From positions 19,090 through 83,089 of the forward strand of contig NZ_CAXIQN010000022.1 in assembly GCF_964031615.1 (NCBI RefSeq): a stretch of DNA of 64,000 nt. Direction: 5' to 3'. The position numbers and the translations under genes are program-made. The notes under the pieces are model-generated. The model saw only the letters and a program-made list of their open reading frames with translations. It had not been told where the DNA came from and did not search any database. The DNA comes from Duganella fentianensis (GTDB lineage: Bacteria; Pseudomonadota; Gammaproteobacteria; Burkholderiales; Burkholderiaceae_D). Shown here one piece after another: positions 19,734 through 30,154 of the stretch (the stretch's first letter is position 1; the number at the start of each line of letters is the position of its first letter).

Positions 19734-20501
19734 TTAAGCGGCGCTGCCACTGGCAGCGTGCAGGCCGATCAGAACGATGTTGTCTACCGAGCGATATGGC
19801 ACGGTGAGCATGGGCGCGATGAACTGGGCCGCGCCACCCGAGAGTATGCATTCGACTGCCTGATGGCGCTGGAACGCATGCTCGATGGCGCCGCTCTGCG
19901 CCGCCAGACAGCCACTCAGAATGGCATCGTCGGTGTTGTCGGCAAATCCATCCGGCAGCTTACCGTCTTGCGCGATCTGCGGCAACTGCGCGGTGTTGCG
20001 CGCCAGCGAACTGGCCATCAGACCCAGACCCGGCAAGATCATCCCGCCCAGGAAGCGGCCATCGGCCGTGACGGCATCGATGGTGGTGGCCGTGCCGCAG
20101 TTCGCCACGATCACGGCGCGCCCGCGCGCCAGCACATGGCCGGCGATGGCGGCAGCAAAGCGGTCGCAGCCCAGCTGGGCGGGATTGCGGTAGCCGTTGT
20201 GCAGGCCGGCCAGCTCGGCCACCGAAGCGAACCAGCTAATGGTCTGTTCGGGCAGCAGCATGGCGGGGAAGGTCCGCTGCAGCACGTATTCCAGCTGCAC
20301 GCGCAAGGCATTGCCGGCCACGTTGGCGATGATGATGCGATCGACCCCATGTTCGGCCACGGCATCGTGCAGATGCAGTTCCAGTTGCGGCAGATCGGCA
20401 TGGCTGACCGCACCATGGGCGAACCATGTGCCCAGCGCGGCGCCGTTTTCGACCAGCGCCCATTTGACCCGCGTATTCCCTGCGTCTATCAGTAATATCA
20501 T
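19734..20501 (-). CDS. coaX: Type III pantothenate kinase
   Basis: LIDAGNTRVK, LGCDR, CGTATTID, GGMILPG. Confidence 0.95.
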   Translation of the reverse strand: MILLIDAGNTRVKWALVENGAALGTWFAHGAVSHADLPQLELHLHDAVAEHGVDRIIIANVAGNALRVQLEYVLQRTFPAMLLPEQTISWFASVAELAGLHNGYRNPAQLGCDRFAAAIAGHVLARGRAVIVANCGTATTIDAVTADGRFLGGMILPGLGLMASSLARNTAQLPQIAQDGKLPDGFADNTDDAILSGCLAAQSGAIEHAFQRHQAVECILSGGAAQFIAPMLTVPYRSVDNIVLIGLHAASGSAA

Positions 20502-20502
20502 A

Positions 20503-21369
20503 TTATTCCGGATGGTTGGCGTTGGGTGTTGTCGCGCCCGCGCTGGCAGGGTGTAGCCGTAGCGAGACATCACCGGACAGGACTTCCACCCGTCCGGCCG
20601 GCGTATCGAGCAACAGGCGGCCGATGGCATCCACCCCCGCTGCGCGTCCTTGCTGCAGCACTTGATCATGGTCGAGTATCACCACCTCGCGCCCATGCCA
20701 CGCATGCAGCGCATTCCAGCGCTCGCAAAATGGTGCAAAGCCGGTATCGTCGAATTCGGCCAGCACGGCGGCCAGCCGGCTGAGCAAGGCTGCCACCAGC
20801 TGCTGGCGCGGCATCTGCGCCAGCCATGGCGCTGCTGCCACGCTGCGGCCGATCTGCGCTTCCAGCTGGTCCGGCATCAGCAGATTCAGGCCCACGCCGA
20901 TCACGGCCCAGATGGCGCCGTCCGTAGCGCGTTTCGCTGCCTGGCTTTCTACCAGTATGCCGGCCAGTTTGGCGCCGTCGCGTAGCAGATCGTTGGGCCA
21001 CTTGATCTGCACCGGCACGCCGAGACTGCCTAGCGTTTCGGCCAGTGCCACACCGACCGCCATGGGCAGACCGGACATGCGATGCAGCGGGCCTTGGAAG
21101 CGCCACGCCAGCGAGAACATCAGCGCGGCACCGGGCGCTGACAGCCAGCTACGGCCGGCGCGGCCCCGTCCCGCAGTCTGCTGGTGCGCGATCAGCAGGG
21201 TAGGGCCGGCCAGCGTATCGATGCGGGCCAGCAGATCGGCATTGGTGGAGCCGGTCTGCTCGACGATTTCGATGGTGACATGGCTGGCACTGCTGGCGCA
21301 GGCGGCGCTGATGGCTGCCGCATCGCCCTGCTGCAGCGCTGTAGCTACTGCCGTATGCGCTGGCGTCAT
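20503..21369 (-). CDS. birA: Biotin--[acetyl-CoA carboxylase] ligase, no N-terminal HTH
   Basis: TGSTN, QTAGRGRAGR.W, IKWPND, KLAGILVE; ATGA overlap with SDR stop. Confidence 0.95.
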   Translation of the reverse strand: MTPAHTAVATALQQGDAAAISAACASSASHVTIEIVEQTGSTNADLLARIDTLAGPTLLIAHQQTAGRGRAGRSWLSAPGAALMFSLAWRFQGPLHRMSGLPMAVGVALAETLGSLGVPVQIKWPNDLLRDGAKLAGILVESQAAKRATDGAIWAVIGVGLNLLMPDQLEAQIGRSVAAAPWLAQMPRQQLVAALLSRLAAVLAEFDDTGFAPFCERWNALHAWHGREVVILDHDQVLQQGRAAGVDAIGRLLLDTPAGRVEVLSGDVSLRLHPASAGATTPNANHPE

Positions 21370-22223
21370 GCTGCACCCTTGTGCGGCGTATTTGGCGTAT
21401 GTTGCGTATGTTGCGTATGTTGCGTATGTTGCGTATGCGGCTTGCGTGGCTTGTGCGGTGCGTTGCCGAAAGCCAGATCGTACAGCCAGTTGGGCAGCAT
21501 GCGCAGCAGCTTGGCGACGATGCCCATCTGCCATGGGATCACCCGATAGCTGCTGCCACGCGCTATGGTCTGCACGGCCTTGCGGGCGAACTGCTGGACC
21601 GGCATCAGGAAGGGCATGGGATAGGGATTAATCTGCGTCATCGGCGTATCGATGTAGCCGGGACAGATGGTGACCACGCGGATCGCGTGCCGTTTGAGTT
21701 CCAGCCGCAGCGATTCGCAATAGCTGATCACGGCCGCCTTGGAGGCGCTATACGCTTCTGCGCCGGGCAGGCCGCGTATGCCGGCCACGCTGCCTATGCC
21801 CACCAGCCGCGCCGGCGTCCCCTGCGCCTTCATGGCAGGGATGAAGGGCGCAAAGGTGGCGGCCGTGGCCACCACATTGGTGGCGATCACGGCTTCGAAT
21901 ACGGGGATATCCTCGGAAAATTCCGTCAGCGTGCCGACCGAGATGCCGGCATTGGCCACCACCACATCGATGCCGCCCGCATGGTTGAGGAAATCCTGCG
22001 CGGCGGCCGCAATCGCCGCATGGTCGCGCACATCGACCGCATAGGCGCGGTGCCGCTCGGGGTTAGGCAGGCTGGCGATCAGCTGGTCCAGCACGGCGCT
22101 GCGGCGGGCCAGCAGGCCTAAGGTTGCACCCTGCGCAGCATATTCAGCGGCCAGTGCCGCGCCTATGCCGCTGGAAGCGCCGGTGATGAAAACCCGATCC
22201 GGCGCGGCGCCCCGTATGGTCAT
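21366..22223 (-). CDS. SDR family oxidoreductase
   Basis: TGASSGIG, NAG, YSASK. Confidence 0.92.
   Translation of the reverse strand: MTIRGAAPDRVFITGASSGIGAALAAEYAAQGATLGLLARRSAVLDQLIASLPNPERHRAYAVDVRDHAAIAAAAQDFLNHAGGIDVVVANAGISVGTLTEFSEDIPVFEAVIATNVVATAATFAPFIPAMKAQGTPARLVGIGSVAGIRGLPGAEAYSASKAAVISYCESLRLELKRHAIRVVTICPGYIDTPMTQINPYPMPFLMPVQQFARKAVQTIARGSSYRVIPWQMGIVAKLLRMLPNWLYDLAFGNAPHKPRKPHTQHTQHTQHTQHTPNTPHKGAA
21386..21437. repeat. 9-bp VNTR (GCGTATGTT) in SDR 3' end, encodes (HTQ)n
   Basis: Four perfect copies 21395-21430 plus flanking partial/variant copies. Confidence 0.93.
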
Positions 22224-22225
22224 GC

Positions 22226-22897
22226 TTATTTCTTTTCCGCTTTGGCCTTGGCGACCAGCAGATCCATCACCTGCAGCGCCTGCGCGTGCAGCTGGGCTTC
22301 CGAACTGGCGCTCTTGCTGCCTTCGTTGGCCATGGTGGGCGAAGTGATGTATTTGCCGTCGATGGCGATCAGCGGCCACGAATCGACCGTGTAGGCATCC
22401 ATCATGGAAATCGAGCGGCGCACGCTGCCCGCCACGCCGAAGCCGCGGTAGGTATCGATGAATTTCTGCTTGTCGATGCCCTGCCTGGCGATGAAGTCAA
22501 ACACCAGCTCATCGCGGTTCATGCGGTTGCGATTGACGTGCATCTCCTGAAAGATCTTGCTGTGCATGGCGTCATTCATCAGCCCCATGGCGATCAGCGT
22601 GAAGTACATTTTTTCCTGCGGCAGGTCGGTGCCCTGACGGGAAATGTGCATGCGCTTGAAGACGATGTTATCGCCCTGTTTTTTCACCCATGCGCTCAGG
22701 TCGGGATCAAACGCGTGGCAGTGCGGGCAGGCGTAATCGAAGAACTCCAGCACTTCGATTTTCTTGCCCGCTTCCACCGGCTGCTGCTGCGCCAGCGTGC
22801 GGTATTCCACGCCATTTTTCGGGTCTGCCGGCGAGGCACTCGCCATCGCCACGGCACCCAGCATCACAGCACCTGCCAGCCATTTCATCAAACGCAT
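22226..22897 (-). CDS. dsbA: Thiol:disulfide interchange protein DsbA
   Basis: Signal peptide; EFFDYACPHC; IDGKY. Confidence 0.9.
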   Translation of the reverse strand: MRLMKWLAGAVMLGAVAMASASPADPKNGVEYRTLAQQQPVEAGKKIEVLEFFDYACPHCHAFDPDLSAWVKKQGDNIVFKRMHISRQGTDLPQEKMYFTLIAMGLMNDAMHSKIFQEMHVNRNRMNRDELVFDFIARQGIDKQKFIDTYRGFGVAGSVRRSISMMDAYTVDSWPLIAIDGKYITSPTMANEGSKSASSEAQLHAQALQVMDLLVAKAKAEKK

Positions 22898-22961
22898 AGA
22901 ACTACTCCTGATACAAGAAGGTTAAATTCCGACGAATTGCTACGAGCTTATTGTTACGAGC

Positions 22962-23675
22962 TTATTTCTGGTTGCGCACCACGGCCACATCGATGCCGTT
23001 TTCCGACAGCTTGCTGCGCACCTTGTTCATGGCTTCCACCTGATTGAAGGGGCCCATGCGCACGCGGTGCAGCACACCGTTATCGGTGGCCCGGTCCGAG
23101 ACATTGGCCTCGAAGCCCAGCAGCGCCAGTTTGGCGCGCGCGCTCTCGGCGTCGCTCACTTCGCGGAAGGCGCCGATCTGCAGATAGTAGATGTATTTTT
23201 CGTCGCCGCTATCGGCCGCCACCTTAGCCGCCGGTGCCGGCGCCACATTGGCTGCCGCTGGCGTGGTGGCTGGCTTGCTCTTATCAATTACGGGAGCTTG
23301 CGCGGTTGCTGGCGCCGTCGGAGCGGTTGGCGCTGTCGGCGTCGTTGGCGTTACCGCGCCCTGTATCTTGTCCACCACCGATTGCAGCGTATCGCTGGCA
23401 GGTGCTTTCGGCGCGTCCTTGGCAAAGTCGCGCGCCGCTTCGCGTGCCGCATCCTTGTTGCCATACATCGGCTTGTTCGGATCGGCCGTCTGTCCCGCCG
23501 TCGGCTCCGCCGTCTTGCTGCTGCGCCCCTTGTCAGTGAACGGGGTAGCACCCTTGTTGATGACGAGTGCCACCACCACGGCGATCGACAGGCCGATGAC
23601 CAGCCCGATGACGATGCCGATGATGGTGTTGCCGCGCTGGCGTGCGCGGGCAGGAAGACGGGATGGGAAACTCAT
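22962..23675 (-). CDS. SPOR domain cell-division protein (FtsN-like)
   Basis: TM, Pro/Thr-rich linker, YLQIGAF...RVRMGPF; argS-SPOR-dsbA synteny; start uncertain (23675 or 23687). Confidence 0.85.
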   Translation of the reverse strand: MSFPSRLPARARQRGNTIIGIVIGLVIGLSIAVVVALVINKGATPFTDKGRSSKTAEPTAGQTADPNKPMYGNKDAAREAARDFAKDAPKAPASDTLQSVVDKIQGAVTPTTPTAPTAPTAPATAQAPVIDKSKPATTPAAANVAPAPAAKVAADSGDEKYIYYLQIGAFREVSDAESARAKLALLGFEANVSDRATDNGVLHRVRMGPFNQVEAMNKVRSKLSENGIDVAVVRNQK

Positions 23676-23696
23676 GGTGCGGGACATCCTCCGTAA

Positions 23697-25406
23697 TTAC
23701 ATCTTGTTCGGGGCCGAAACACCGATCAGTGCCAGACCGTTGCGCAGTACCTGACGAGTGGCCACCATCAGCGCGATACGGGCCGCTTTCAGCGCTTCGT
23801 CGTCCACCAGCACGCGCTCGGCGAAGTAGAAGCTATGCAGGTTGGCGGCCAGATCGCGCAGGTAGAAGGCGATCTGGTGCGGGCCCAGTTCGGCCTGGGC
23901 ACGGGCCAGCGTTTCCGGATAGGCGGCCAGCGTGGCCAGCAGGGCTGCTTCGGTCGGCGCCGTCAGTGGCGACAGATCGACATTGGCCAGTTCCGCTTCG
24001 TTGCCGGTCCATTGTTCCAGCATGCGGCAGATACGGGCGTGGGCGTACTGCACGTAGTACACGGGATTTTCGTCCGACGTTTTCAGCGCTACGTCGACGT
24101 CGAAGACGAACTCGGTATCGGCTTTACGCGAGATCAGGAAGAAGCGCACGGCATCGCGGCCTTTGGCGATATCGCCGCCACCCGACCATTCGATCAGATC
24201 GCGCACGGTGACGTAGGAACCGGCGCGCTTGGAAATCTTGACTTCCTCGCCGCCCTTCATCACGGTGACCATCTTGTGCAGCACGTAGTCAGGGAAGCCT
24301 TGCGGAATGCCCACGTTGACGGCCTGCAGACCGGCGCGCACACGGGCGATGGTGCCGTGGTGGTCGGAACCCTGCACGTTGATGGCCTGAGTAAAGCCGC
24401 GCTGGAATTTGACGATGTGGTAGGCCACGTCCGGCACGAAGTAGGTGTAGGTGCCATCCTTCTTGCGCATCACGCGGTTCTTGTCGTCGCCGTAGTCTTC
24501 CGTTTTCAGCCACAGCGCGCCTTCTTCTTCGTAGGTCTTGCCGGACTTGTTGAGCATGTCCACAGCCGCATCGACCTTGCCATCCGAGTACAGCGAGGAT
24601 TCGAGGTAGTAGTTATCGAACTTCACGCCGAAAGCCTGCAGGTCGATATCCTGCTCGTTACGCAGATAGGTCACGGCGAACTGGCGGATCGAATCGATGT
24701 CTTCCACCTCGCCGGACGCCGTGGCCGGTGCGCCGTCGGAAGCGGAGACGGTTTTCTTCTGCATGAAGTCAGCCGCGATATCGGCGATGTAGTCGCCGTT
24801 ATAGGCCGATTCCGGCCATGCTGCGTCGCCCGGTTTCAGGCCGCGCAGACGCGCCTGCACCGAGTTGGCCAGCGTCTGGATCTGCACGCCCGCGTCGTTG
24901 TAGTAGAACTCGCGGGTCACATCATAGCCTTGCGACTGGAACAGCGACGACAGCGCATCGCCCAGTGCAGCCTGACGGCCGTGGCCCACGTGCAGCGGGC
25001 CGGTCGGGTTGGCCGAAACGAATTCGATGATGACTTTTTTACCGGCACCGGCCGCTGCGCTGCCGAAAGTGGCGCCTTGTGCCAGCACGGCCTTGACCAC
25101 GGCCTGCTTGGCCGCTGCACTGACGCGCAGATTGATGAAGCCGGGGCCGGCGATATCGGCCGATTCCACCAGACCCTGGGCAGCCGGATTGGCCAGCAGC
25201 GCGTCTACCACCTTGGTGGCTAGCTCGCGCGGGTTCATTTTCAGCTGTTTAGCCAGCTGCATGGCGATATTGCAGGCGACGTCGCCGTGCGAAGGGTCGC
25301 GCGGGCGTTCCAGCACCACATTGGCAACCACTTCGGTGCCGGCCAGCAGAGGGGCCAGAGCGGACTGGAACAGGGCGGAGATATCTTGTTTTTGTTGGGC
25401 GAGCAT
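23697..25406 (-). CDS. argS: Arginine--tRNA ligase
   Basis: [35 protein letters not shown]; ATG at 25406. Confidence 0.98.
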   Translation of the reverse strand: MLAQQKQDISALFQSALAPLLAGTEVVANVVLERPRDPSHGDVACNIAMQLAKQLKMNPRELATKVVDALLANPAAQGLVESADIAGPGFINLRVSAAAKQAVVKAVLAQGATFGSAAAGAGKKVIIEFVSANPTGPLHVGHGRQAALGDALSSLFQSQGYDVTREFYYNDAGVQIQTLANSVQARLRGLKPGDAAWPESAYNGDYIADIAADFMQKKTVSASDGAPATASGEVEDIDSIRQFAVTYLRNEQDIDLQAFGVKFDNYYLESSLYSDGKVDAAVDMLNKSGKTYEEEGALWLKTEDYGDDKNRVMRKKDGTYTYFVPDVAYHIVKFQRGFTQAINVQGSDHHGTIARVRAGLQAVNVGIPQGFPDYVLHKMVTVMKGGEEVKISKRAGSYVTVRDLIEWSGGGDIAKGRDAVRFFLISRKADTEFVFDVDVALKTSDENPVYYVQYAHARICRMLEQWTGNEAELANVDLSPLTAPTEAALLATLAAYPETLARAQAELGPHQIAFYLRDLAANLHSFYFAERVLVDDEALKAARIALMVATRQVLRNGLALIGVSAPNKM

Positions 25407-25432
25407 GGGCAATAGGGCGGTCTAGCCGCGCA
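25407..25432 (-). promoter_or_regulatory. Putative cis-regulatory leader element shared with gatC
   Basis: mRNA UGCGCGGCUAGACCGC-CCUAUUGCCC-AUG; upstream TATAAT on minus strand near 25498-25503. Confidence 0.6.
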
Positions 25433-25692
25433 ATAGGTCGGGTTGGTCTATCCAGAAGCGAAAACGGCCGGTACGCTGGCACCGGCCAAACAGCGGTAAT
25501 TATACTGGTTTGCCGACGGTGGGTCACCGCAGCGAACCCGGCGCGGCGCCGCGCTGCCGCCCCGTTGGCACTGCAACAGCATCGCCACGGCAGAGTCACT
25601 ACTGTATACTGCGCGATTACTTGGTGATTTGTGTGTTTCCGCTGCCCCAGACCTGCAGCCACACTCGCGCCGGCCCACTCTGGAATTAGCAT

Positions 25693-27156
25693 ATGAACAA
25701 GCGTCCGACGCTCTCTCTGAAGACCCCCGCCAAGGCGGCAGCCAAGCCGGCAGCCAAGCCGGCCGGCAAGCCGGCGGGCAAGCCTGCAGCCAAGCCGCAC
25801 GCGCCTGCGCTGCGTGCCAGCCATGCGCGCGAGCTGAAACCGGCCTTGCAGACCAGCTTCCAGACGGCGCTGAAAGGGGATTCGCTGGCCTACAGCCTGC
25901 TGGGCGCGGCACAGGCGGTGGCGCTGGTGCGCACCGGCACCAATCTGCCGCAGGCGCTGGCGCAGTTGTGGGCCCGTAGCGAGACCAGCCCGCAGGCGCG
26001 CGGCGCCATGCAGGACATTGCCTACCGCTGCATGCGCCAGCTCGGCCAGAGCGAAGCCCTGATTGCGCAGATGGCGCCGAAAGCCCCCGATCCGCTGGTG
26101 GCGGCCCTGCTGGCCTGCGCGCTGGCGCTGATGACGGCGCCCGATGCGGTCGCGCCGTACGAAGAATTCACCGTAGTCAACCAGACCGTGACGGCGGCTG
26201 AAGCCCACCCCGACACGGCGCGCGCCAAAGCCATGGTCAATGCCGTGCTACGCCGCTTCCAGCGCGAACGTGCAGCGCTGCTGGAAACTGCGCTGCTGCA
26301 ACCGGTAGCGCAGTGGAATTACCCGCAATGGTGGATCGATGCGGCGCGCACGGCCTGGCCACGTGAATGGCAGGCCATCCTGACGGCCGGTAATGGCGCG
26401 CCGCCGCTGACCTTGCGCATCAATGCCCGTAAAACCAGCATGGAACAGTATCTGCAACGCCTGCAGCAGGCCGGCATGGCGGCCAGCGCCATCGGCCCGT
26501 ATGCCGTGCGGCTGGAAAAACCCGTGGGCGTGCACCTGATTCCCGGTTTTGCCGAGGGCGTAGTATCGGTGCAGGATGCTGGCGCCCAGCTGGCCGCGCC
26601 GCTGCTCGATGTGCAGGACGGCATGCGTGTGCTCGATGCCTGCGCGGCACCGGGCGGCAAAACTTGCCACATACTGGAACTGGCCGATGCCAAAGTGACC
26701 GCACTCGATGCCGATCCCAAGCGGCTGGCGCGGGTGGGCGAGAATCTTGAGCGGCTGCAGCTGCGCGCCACGTTGCGCACCGCCGACGCGCAGAGCGCAG
26801 CATGGTGGGATGGCCAGCAGTTTGACCGCATCCTGGCCGATGTGCCGTGCACGGCCTCCGGCATCGTGCGGCGCCACCCCGATATCCGCTGGCTGCGCCG
26901 CAAGGGCGACACGCTCCAACTAGCAACACTTTCCGCCAAAATCCTCGACAATCTTTGGCAGATGCTCGCACCGGGTGGTAAATTGCTATTCGTGACCTGT
27001 TCGCTCTGGCCACAGGAATCCGAGGCGCAGGCCGCGGCATTCGCAGTACGGCATCAGGCTGTGCGGCTCGATGCCCCCGGTCAGTTGCTGCCCGGTGGCG
27101 TAGCGGGACAGGATCAAGACGGCTTGTTCTACGCCCTGTTCCAGAAAAATGCGTAG
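25693..27156 (+). CDS. rsmB: 16S rRNA m5C967 methyltransferase
   Basis: NusB-like N-terminus (MVNAVLRRF), VQDAGAQ, DACAAPGGKT, DVPCTASG, TCS. Confidence 0.95.
   Translation: MNKRPTLSLKTPAKAAAKPAAKPAGKPAGKPAAKPHAPALRASHARELKPALQTSFQTALKGDSLAYSLLGAAQAVALVRTGTNLPQALAQLWARSETSPQARGAMQDIAYRCMRQLGQSEALIAQMAPKAPDPLVAALLACALALMTAPDAVAPYEEFTVVNQTVTAAEAHPDTARAKAMVNAVLRRFQRERAALLETALLQPVAQWNYPQWWIDAARTAWPREWQAILTAGNGAPPLTLRINARKTSMEQYLQRLQQAGMAASAIGPYAVRLEKPVGVHLIPGFAEGVVSVQDAGAQLAAPLLDVQDGMRVLDACAAPGGKTCHILELADAKVTALDADPKRLARVGENLERLQLRATLRTADAQSAAWWDGQQFDRILADVPCTASGIVRRHPDIRWLRRKGDTLQLATLSAKILDNLWQMLAPGGKLLFVTCSLWPQESEAQAAAFAVRHQAVRLDAPGQLLPGGVAGQDQDGLFYALFQKNA
25729..25797 (+). repeat. Degenerate 12-bp repeat encoding A(A/G)KP x5-6 at RsmB N-terminus
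   Basis: KAAAKPAAKPAGKPAGKPAAKP read from ORF. Confidence 0.85.
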
Positions 27157-27199
27157 TTCCAGCTCCCTTTGCCCGCACCAACCAAGTACCGGCCCTGAC

Positions 27200-27772
27200 G
27201 TGACACGACGAGTTCTTCGCCTGCTGATCGCCCAAATTCTGCTGATACTGGCGTGCCTATGGCCGCAGGTGGCGCGTGCCGACGGCGTGGAAATCCGCCG
27301 CGCCAGCATCGAGGCGAGCGAAGAGGGTTATCGTCTGAACGCACGCTACGGTTTCGAACTGAGCAGCGACATGGAAGATACGCTGCAACATGGCGTGTCG
27401 CTGTACTTCACCACGGAAGTAGAATTCACCCGCCCGCGCTGGTACTGGTTCGATGAAAAGGCGATTGTTGCGCGCCAGACCATTGTGCTCGGCTATAACG
27501 TGCTGACCCGCAAATACAGCGTCAACGTGAACGGCAGCCTGAAGCAGAACTATTCGTCCTCGCTGGAGGAAGCGCTGCTGTCGATCCGCAATCCCAACCG
27601 CTGGGTGGTGGCGCCCCGTTCGGCCCTCAAAGTGGGCGAGAACTACAACGTCAAGCTAAGCATGGGACTGGACACCAACTACATCTCCAAGCCGCTCAAG
27701 GTCAGCGCGCTGAATAACAGCGAATGGCGCTTGACCTCGGACAAGAAAATTTTCCAGTACAAGGCGGAGTAA
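27200..27772 (+). CDS. DUF4390 family exported protein
   Basis: GV.LYF...RPRWYW motif; rsmB-DUF4390-kinase synteny; GTG start inferred. Confidence 0.85.
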   Translation: MTRRVLRLLIAQILLILACLWPQVARADGVEIRRASIEASEEGYRLNARYGFELSSDMEDTLQHGVSLYFTTEVEFTRPRWYWFDEKAIVARQTIVLGYNVLTRKYSVNVNGSLKQNYSSSLEEALLSIRNPNRWVVAPRSALKVGENYNVKLSMGLDTNYISKPLKVSALNNSEWRLTSDKKIFQYKAE

Positions 27773-30067
27773 GTGAATACAGCATTACGGTATGCATCCG
27801 TCGTTGGCGGCGTGGTTGTCAGCATACTGCTGTTCCTGCTGGCTTCCGCATCCGACAACTCCGGCTTCTTCGACCGTTACTATGGCTGGCTGCTGGGCCT
27901 GAATGCTGCCGTGGCCGTGGCCTTGCTGCTGCTGGTCGCGGTATCGCTGTTCCGGCTGTATGTACGCTTCCGGACGGGCGCCTTCGGTTCGCGCCTGATG
28001 ACGCGGCTGGTGCTGCTGTTCGCTGCCATCGGCGTGCTGCCGGGGCTGGTGATTTTCTTCGTCTCCATCCAGTTCGTGTCCCATTCGATCGATTCGTGGT
28101 TTAACGTGCCGGTGGAAGAGGCACTGCAGTCTGGCATCAATCTGGGCCGCGCGGGGCTGGATACGGCGCTCAACGAATTGCAGGGCACAGCGCGGCGCAC
28201 CGCCGATCAGCTGTCGGAACAGCCGTTCGGCACGGAGCGGGCCACGCTGGCCTATCTGGTCAAGCAGCAGTACGGCATGCAGAACGCCATCATCGTCGAT
28301 GCCGAAGGAGGGCTGATCATCAGCGCCCGCGCCAGCCGGGGCGGCAACCTGAGTGCCGACCTGCCGACCAGCGAAATGATGGCCAAGGCCAAGAGCGATG
28401 GCCTGTATGGTGCGCCCGAAGGCGGCAACGAGTTGCGCAGCAATCTGATCAACGCGCCCGGCGGCTCGCGCGATGTGGTGCACCAGCTGCGCCTGCGCGT
28501 GGTGCTGCCCATCCCCGAACGGCCGCAGCCGAATGGCGTGCATCTGGCGCCCCGTTATCTGCAGCTGATCCAGCTGGCACCGGAACAGCTGGCGGCCGAC
28601 GGTGAAACGATCCGCAGTGCCTATTCCGACTACAAGGAACGTTTCGTTGCCCGCGTCGGACTGCGCAAGATGTACATCGTCACGCTGACCCTGACCCTGT
28701 TGCTGGCCGTGTTTGGCGCCATCGCCAGCGCCTTCCTGATCGCCAGCGATCTGGCCCAGCCACTGCTGCTGCTGGCCGAAGGTACGCGCGCCGTGGCCGA
28801 GGGCGACCTGTCGCCGCGCCCCATCATGACTACCTCCGACGAACTGGGCACGCTGACCCAGTCGTTCAACATCATGACGCGCCAGCTGTTCGATGCGCGC
28901 ACGGCGGTGGAGCTCAACCGCACCGCGCTGCAGAACGCCAAAGCCCACCTGGAATCCGTGCTGGCGAATATGTCGGCCGGGGTGATGGTGCTGGATCCCG
29001 AGTTCCATCTGGTCAGCTGCAATGATTCGGTCGAACGCATCCTGCAGCAGCCCGGCAGCGCGCTGCTGGGGCAGAAGCTGGACCAGATCGAAGGCTTGCA
29101 GGAGTTCGGCGGCGCCATCGTGGCCGCGTTTGCCGCCCAGAGTGCCCAGTCGGCCTCGGACCGCACCTTGCAGCGGCTGCACTGGCAGCGCCAGATCGAA
29201 GTGCCGCGCCGCACCGCCAGTCTGGATGATAATGACCAGACCTTGCTGGCACGGGGTTCGCGCCTGCCTATCGAAGGGGGCGAGAGCGGCTATCTGGTGG
29301 TGTTCGACGATATTTCCGACGTGATTTCGGCGCAGCGCTCGATTGCCTGGGGCGAAGTGGCGCGCCGTCTCGCGCACGAGATCAAGAATCCCCTCACGCC
29401 TATCCAGCTGTCGGCCGAGCGTATGCAGATGAAGCTTGACGGCAAGCTGGCACCGGCCGATAACGAACTGCTCAACAAGGGTACGGCCACCATCGTCAAT
29501 CAGGTGGCGGCCATGAAGCGCATGGTGGACGACTTCCGCGACTATGCCAAGACGCCGCCGGCCCAGCTGGAACCGCTGGACCTGAATGCCCTGATCGAAG
29601 AAATTCTGCACCTGTATCTGGCCGGTGAAGACGATATCATCTTCCCGCAACTGGCGTCCGGTCTGCCGCTGGTGATGGGCGATGCGACGCAACTACGTCA
29701 AGTGATCCACAACCTGCTGCAGAATTCGCAGGACGCCATGGCCGAGCGCCCAGAGGGCGCGCCGCCCGCGCACATTGACGTGATCAGCGAAGCGATTCAT
29801 TATCAGGGCGCCGACGGCAGCACGCGCACGGCAGTGCGGCTGGCGATCAGCGATAATGGCCCCGGATTTGCGCCGAAAATTCTGGCGCGGGCGTTTGAAC
29901 CGTATGTCACCTCCAAGGCCAAAGGCACGGGTCTGGGCTTGCCGATGGTGAAAAAGATTATCGAAGAACATGGTGGACGGATCGATATTCAGAACCATGT
30001 CGATAGAAGTGGTGCGTCGGTAGTGATTTTGCTGTTAAAGTTAGCGCCGACGACGCACAATACCTAA
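27773..30067 (+). CDS. NtrY-like sensor histidine kinase (PlrS/EsaS type)
   Basis: TMs, HAMP, PAS, RRLAHEIKNPLTPIQ H-box, DNGPG, GTGLGL. Confidence 0.92.
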   Translation: MNTALRYASVVGGVVVSILLFLLASASDNSGFFDRYYGWLLGLNAAVAVALLLLVAVSLFRLYVRFRTGAFGSRLMTRLVLLFAAIGVLPGLVIFFVSIQFVSHSIDSWFNVPVEEALQSGINLGRAGLDTALNELQGTARRTADQLSEQPFGTERATLAYLVKQQYGMQNAIIVDAEGGLIISARASRGGNLSADLPTSEMMAKAKSDGLYGAPEGGNELRSNLINAPGGSRDVVHQLRLRVVLPIPERPQPNGVHLAPRYLQLIQLAPEQLAADGETIRSAYSDYKERFVARVGLRKMYIVTLTLTLLLAVFGAIASAFLIASDLAQPLLLLAEGTRAVAEGDLSPRPIMTTSDELGTLTQSFNIMTRQLFDARTAVELNRTALQNAKAHLESVLANMSAGVMVLDPEFHLVSCNDSVERILQQPGSALLGQKLDQIEGLQEFGGAIVAAFAAQSAQSASDRTLQRLHWQRQIEVPRRTASLDDNDQTLLARGSRLPIEGGESGYLVVFDDISDVISAQRSIAWGEVARRLAHEIKNPLTPIQLSAERMQMKLDGKLAPADNELLNKGTATIVNQVAAMKRMVDDFRDYAKTPPAQLEPLDLNALIEEILHLYLAGEDDIIFPQLASGLPLVMGDATQLRQVIHNLLQNSQDAMAERPEGAPPAHIDVISEAIHYQGADGSTRTAVRLAISDNGPGFAPKILARAFEPYVTSKAKGTGLGLPMVKKIIEEHGGRIDIQNHVDRSGASVVILLLKLAPTTHNT

Positions 30068-30095
30068 GTTAGTACCTAAGTTAGTACCTGAGTTG
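30061..30095 (+). repeat. 12-bp tandem repeat TACCTAAGTTAG x~3 across kinase stop
   Basis: TACCTAAGTTAG TACCTAAGTTAG TACCTGAGTTG. Confidence 0.9.
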
Positions 30096-30154
30096 CACGG
30101 ATTAGAAAAATCATTGCCGGCTACAAGCTGGCGAAATGAGGAAGGCAAGGGAAG

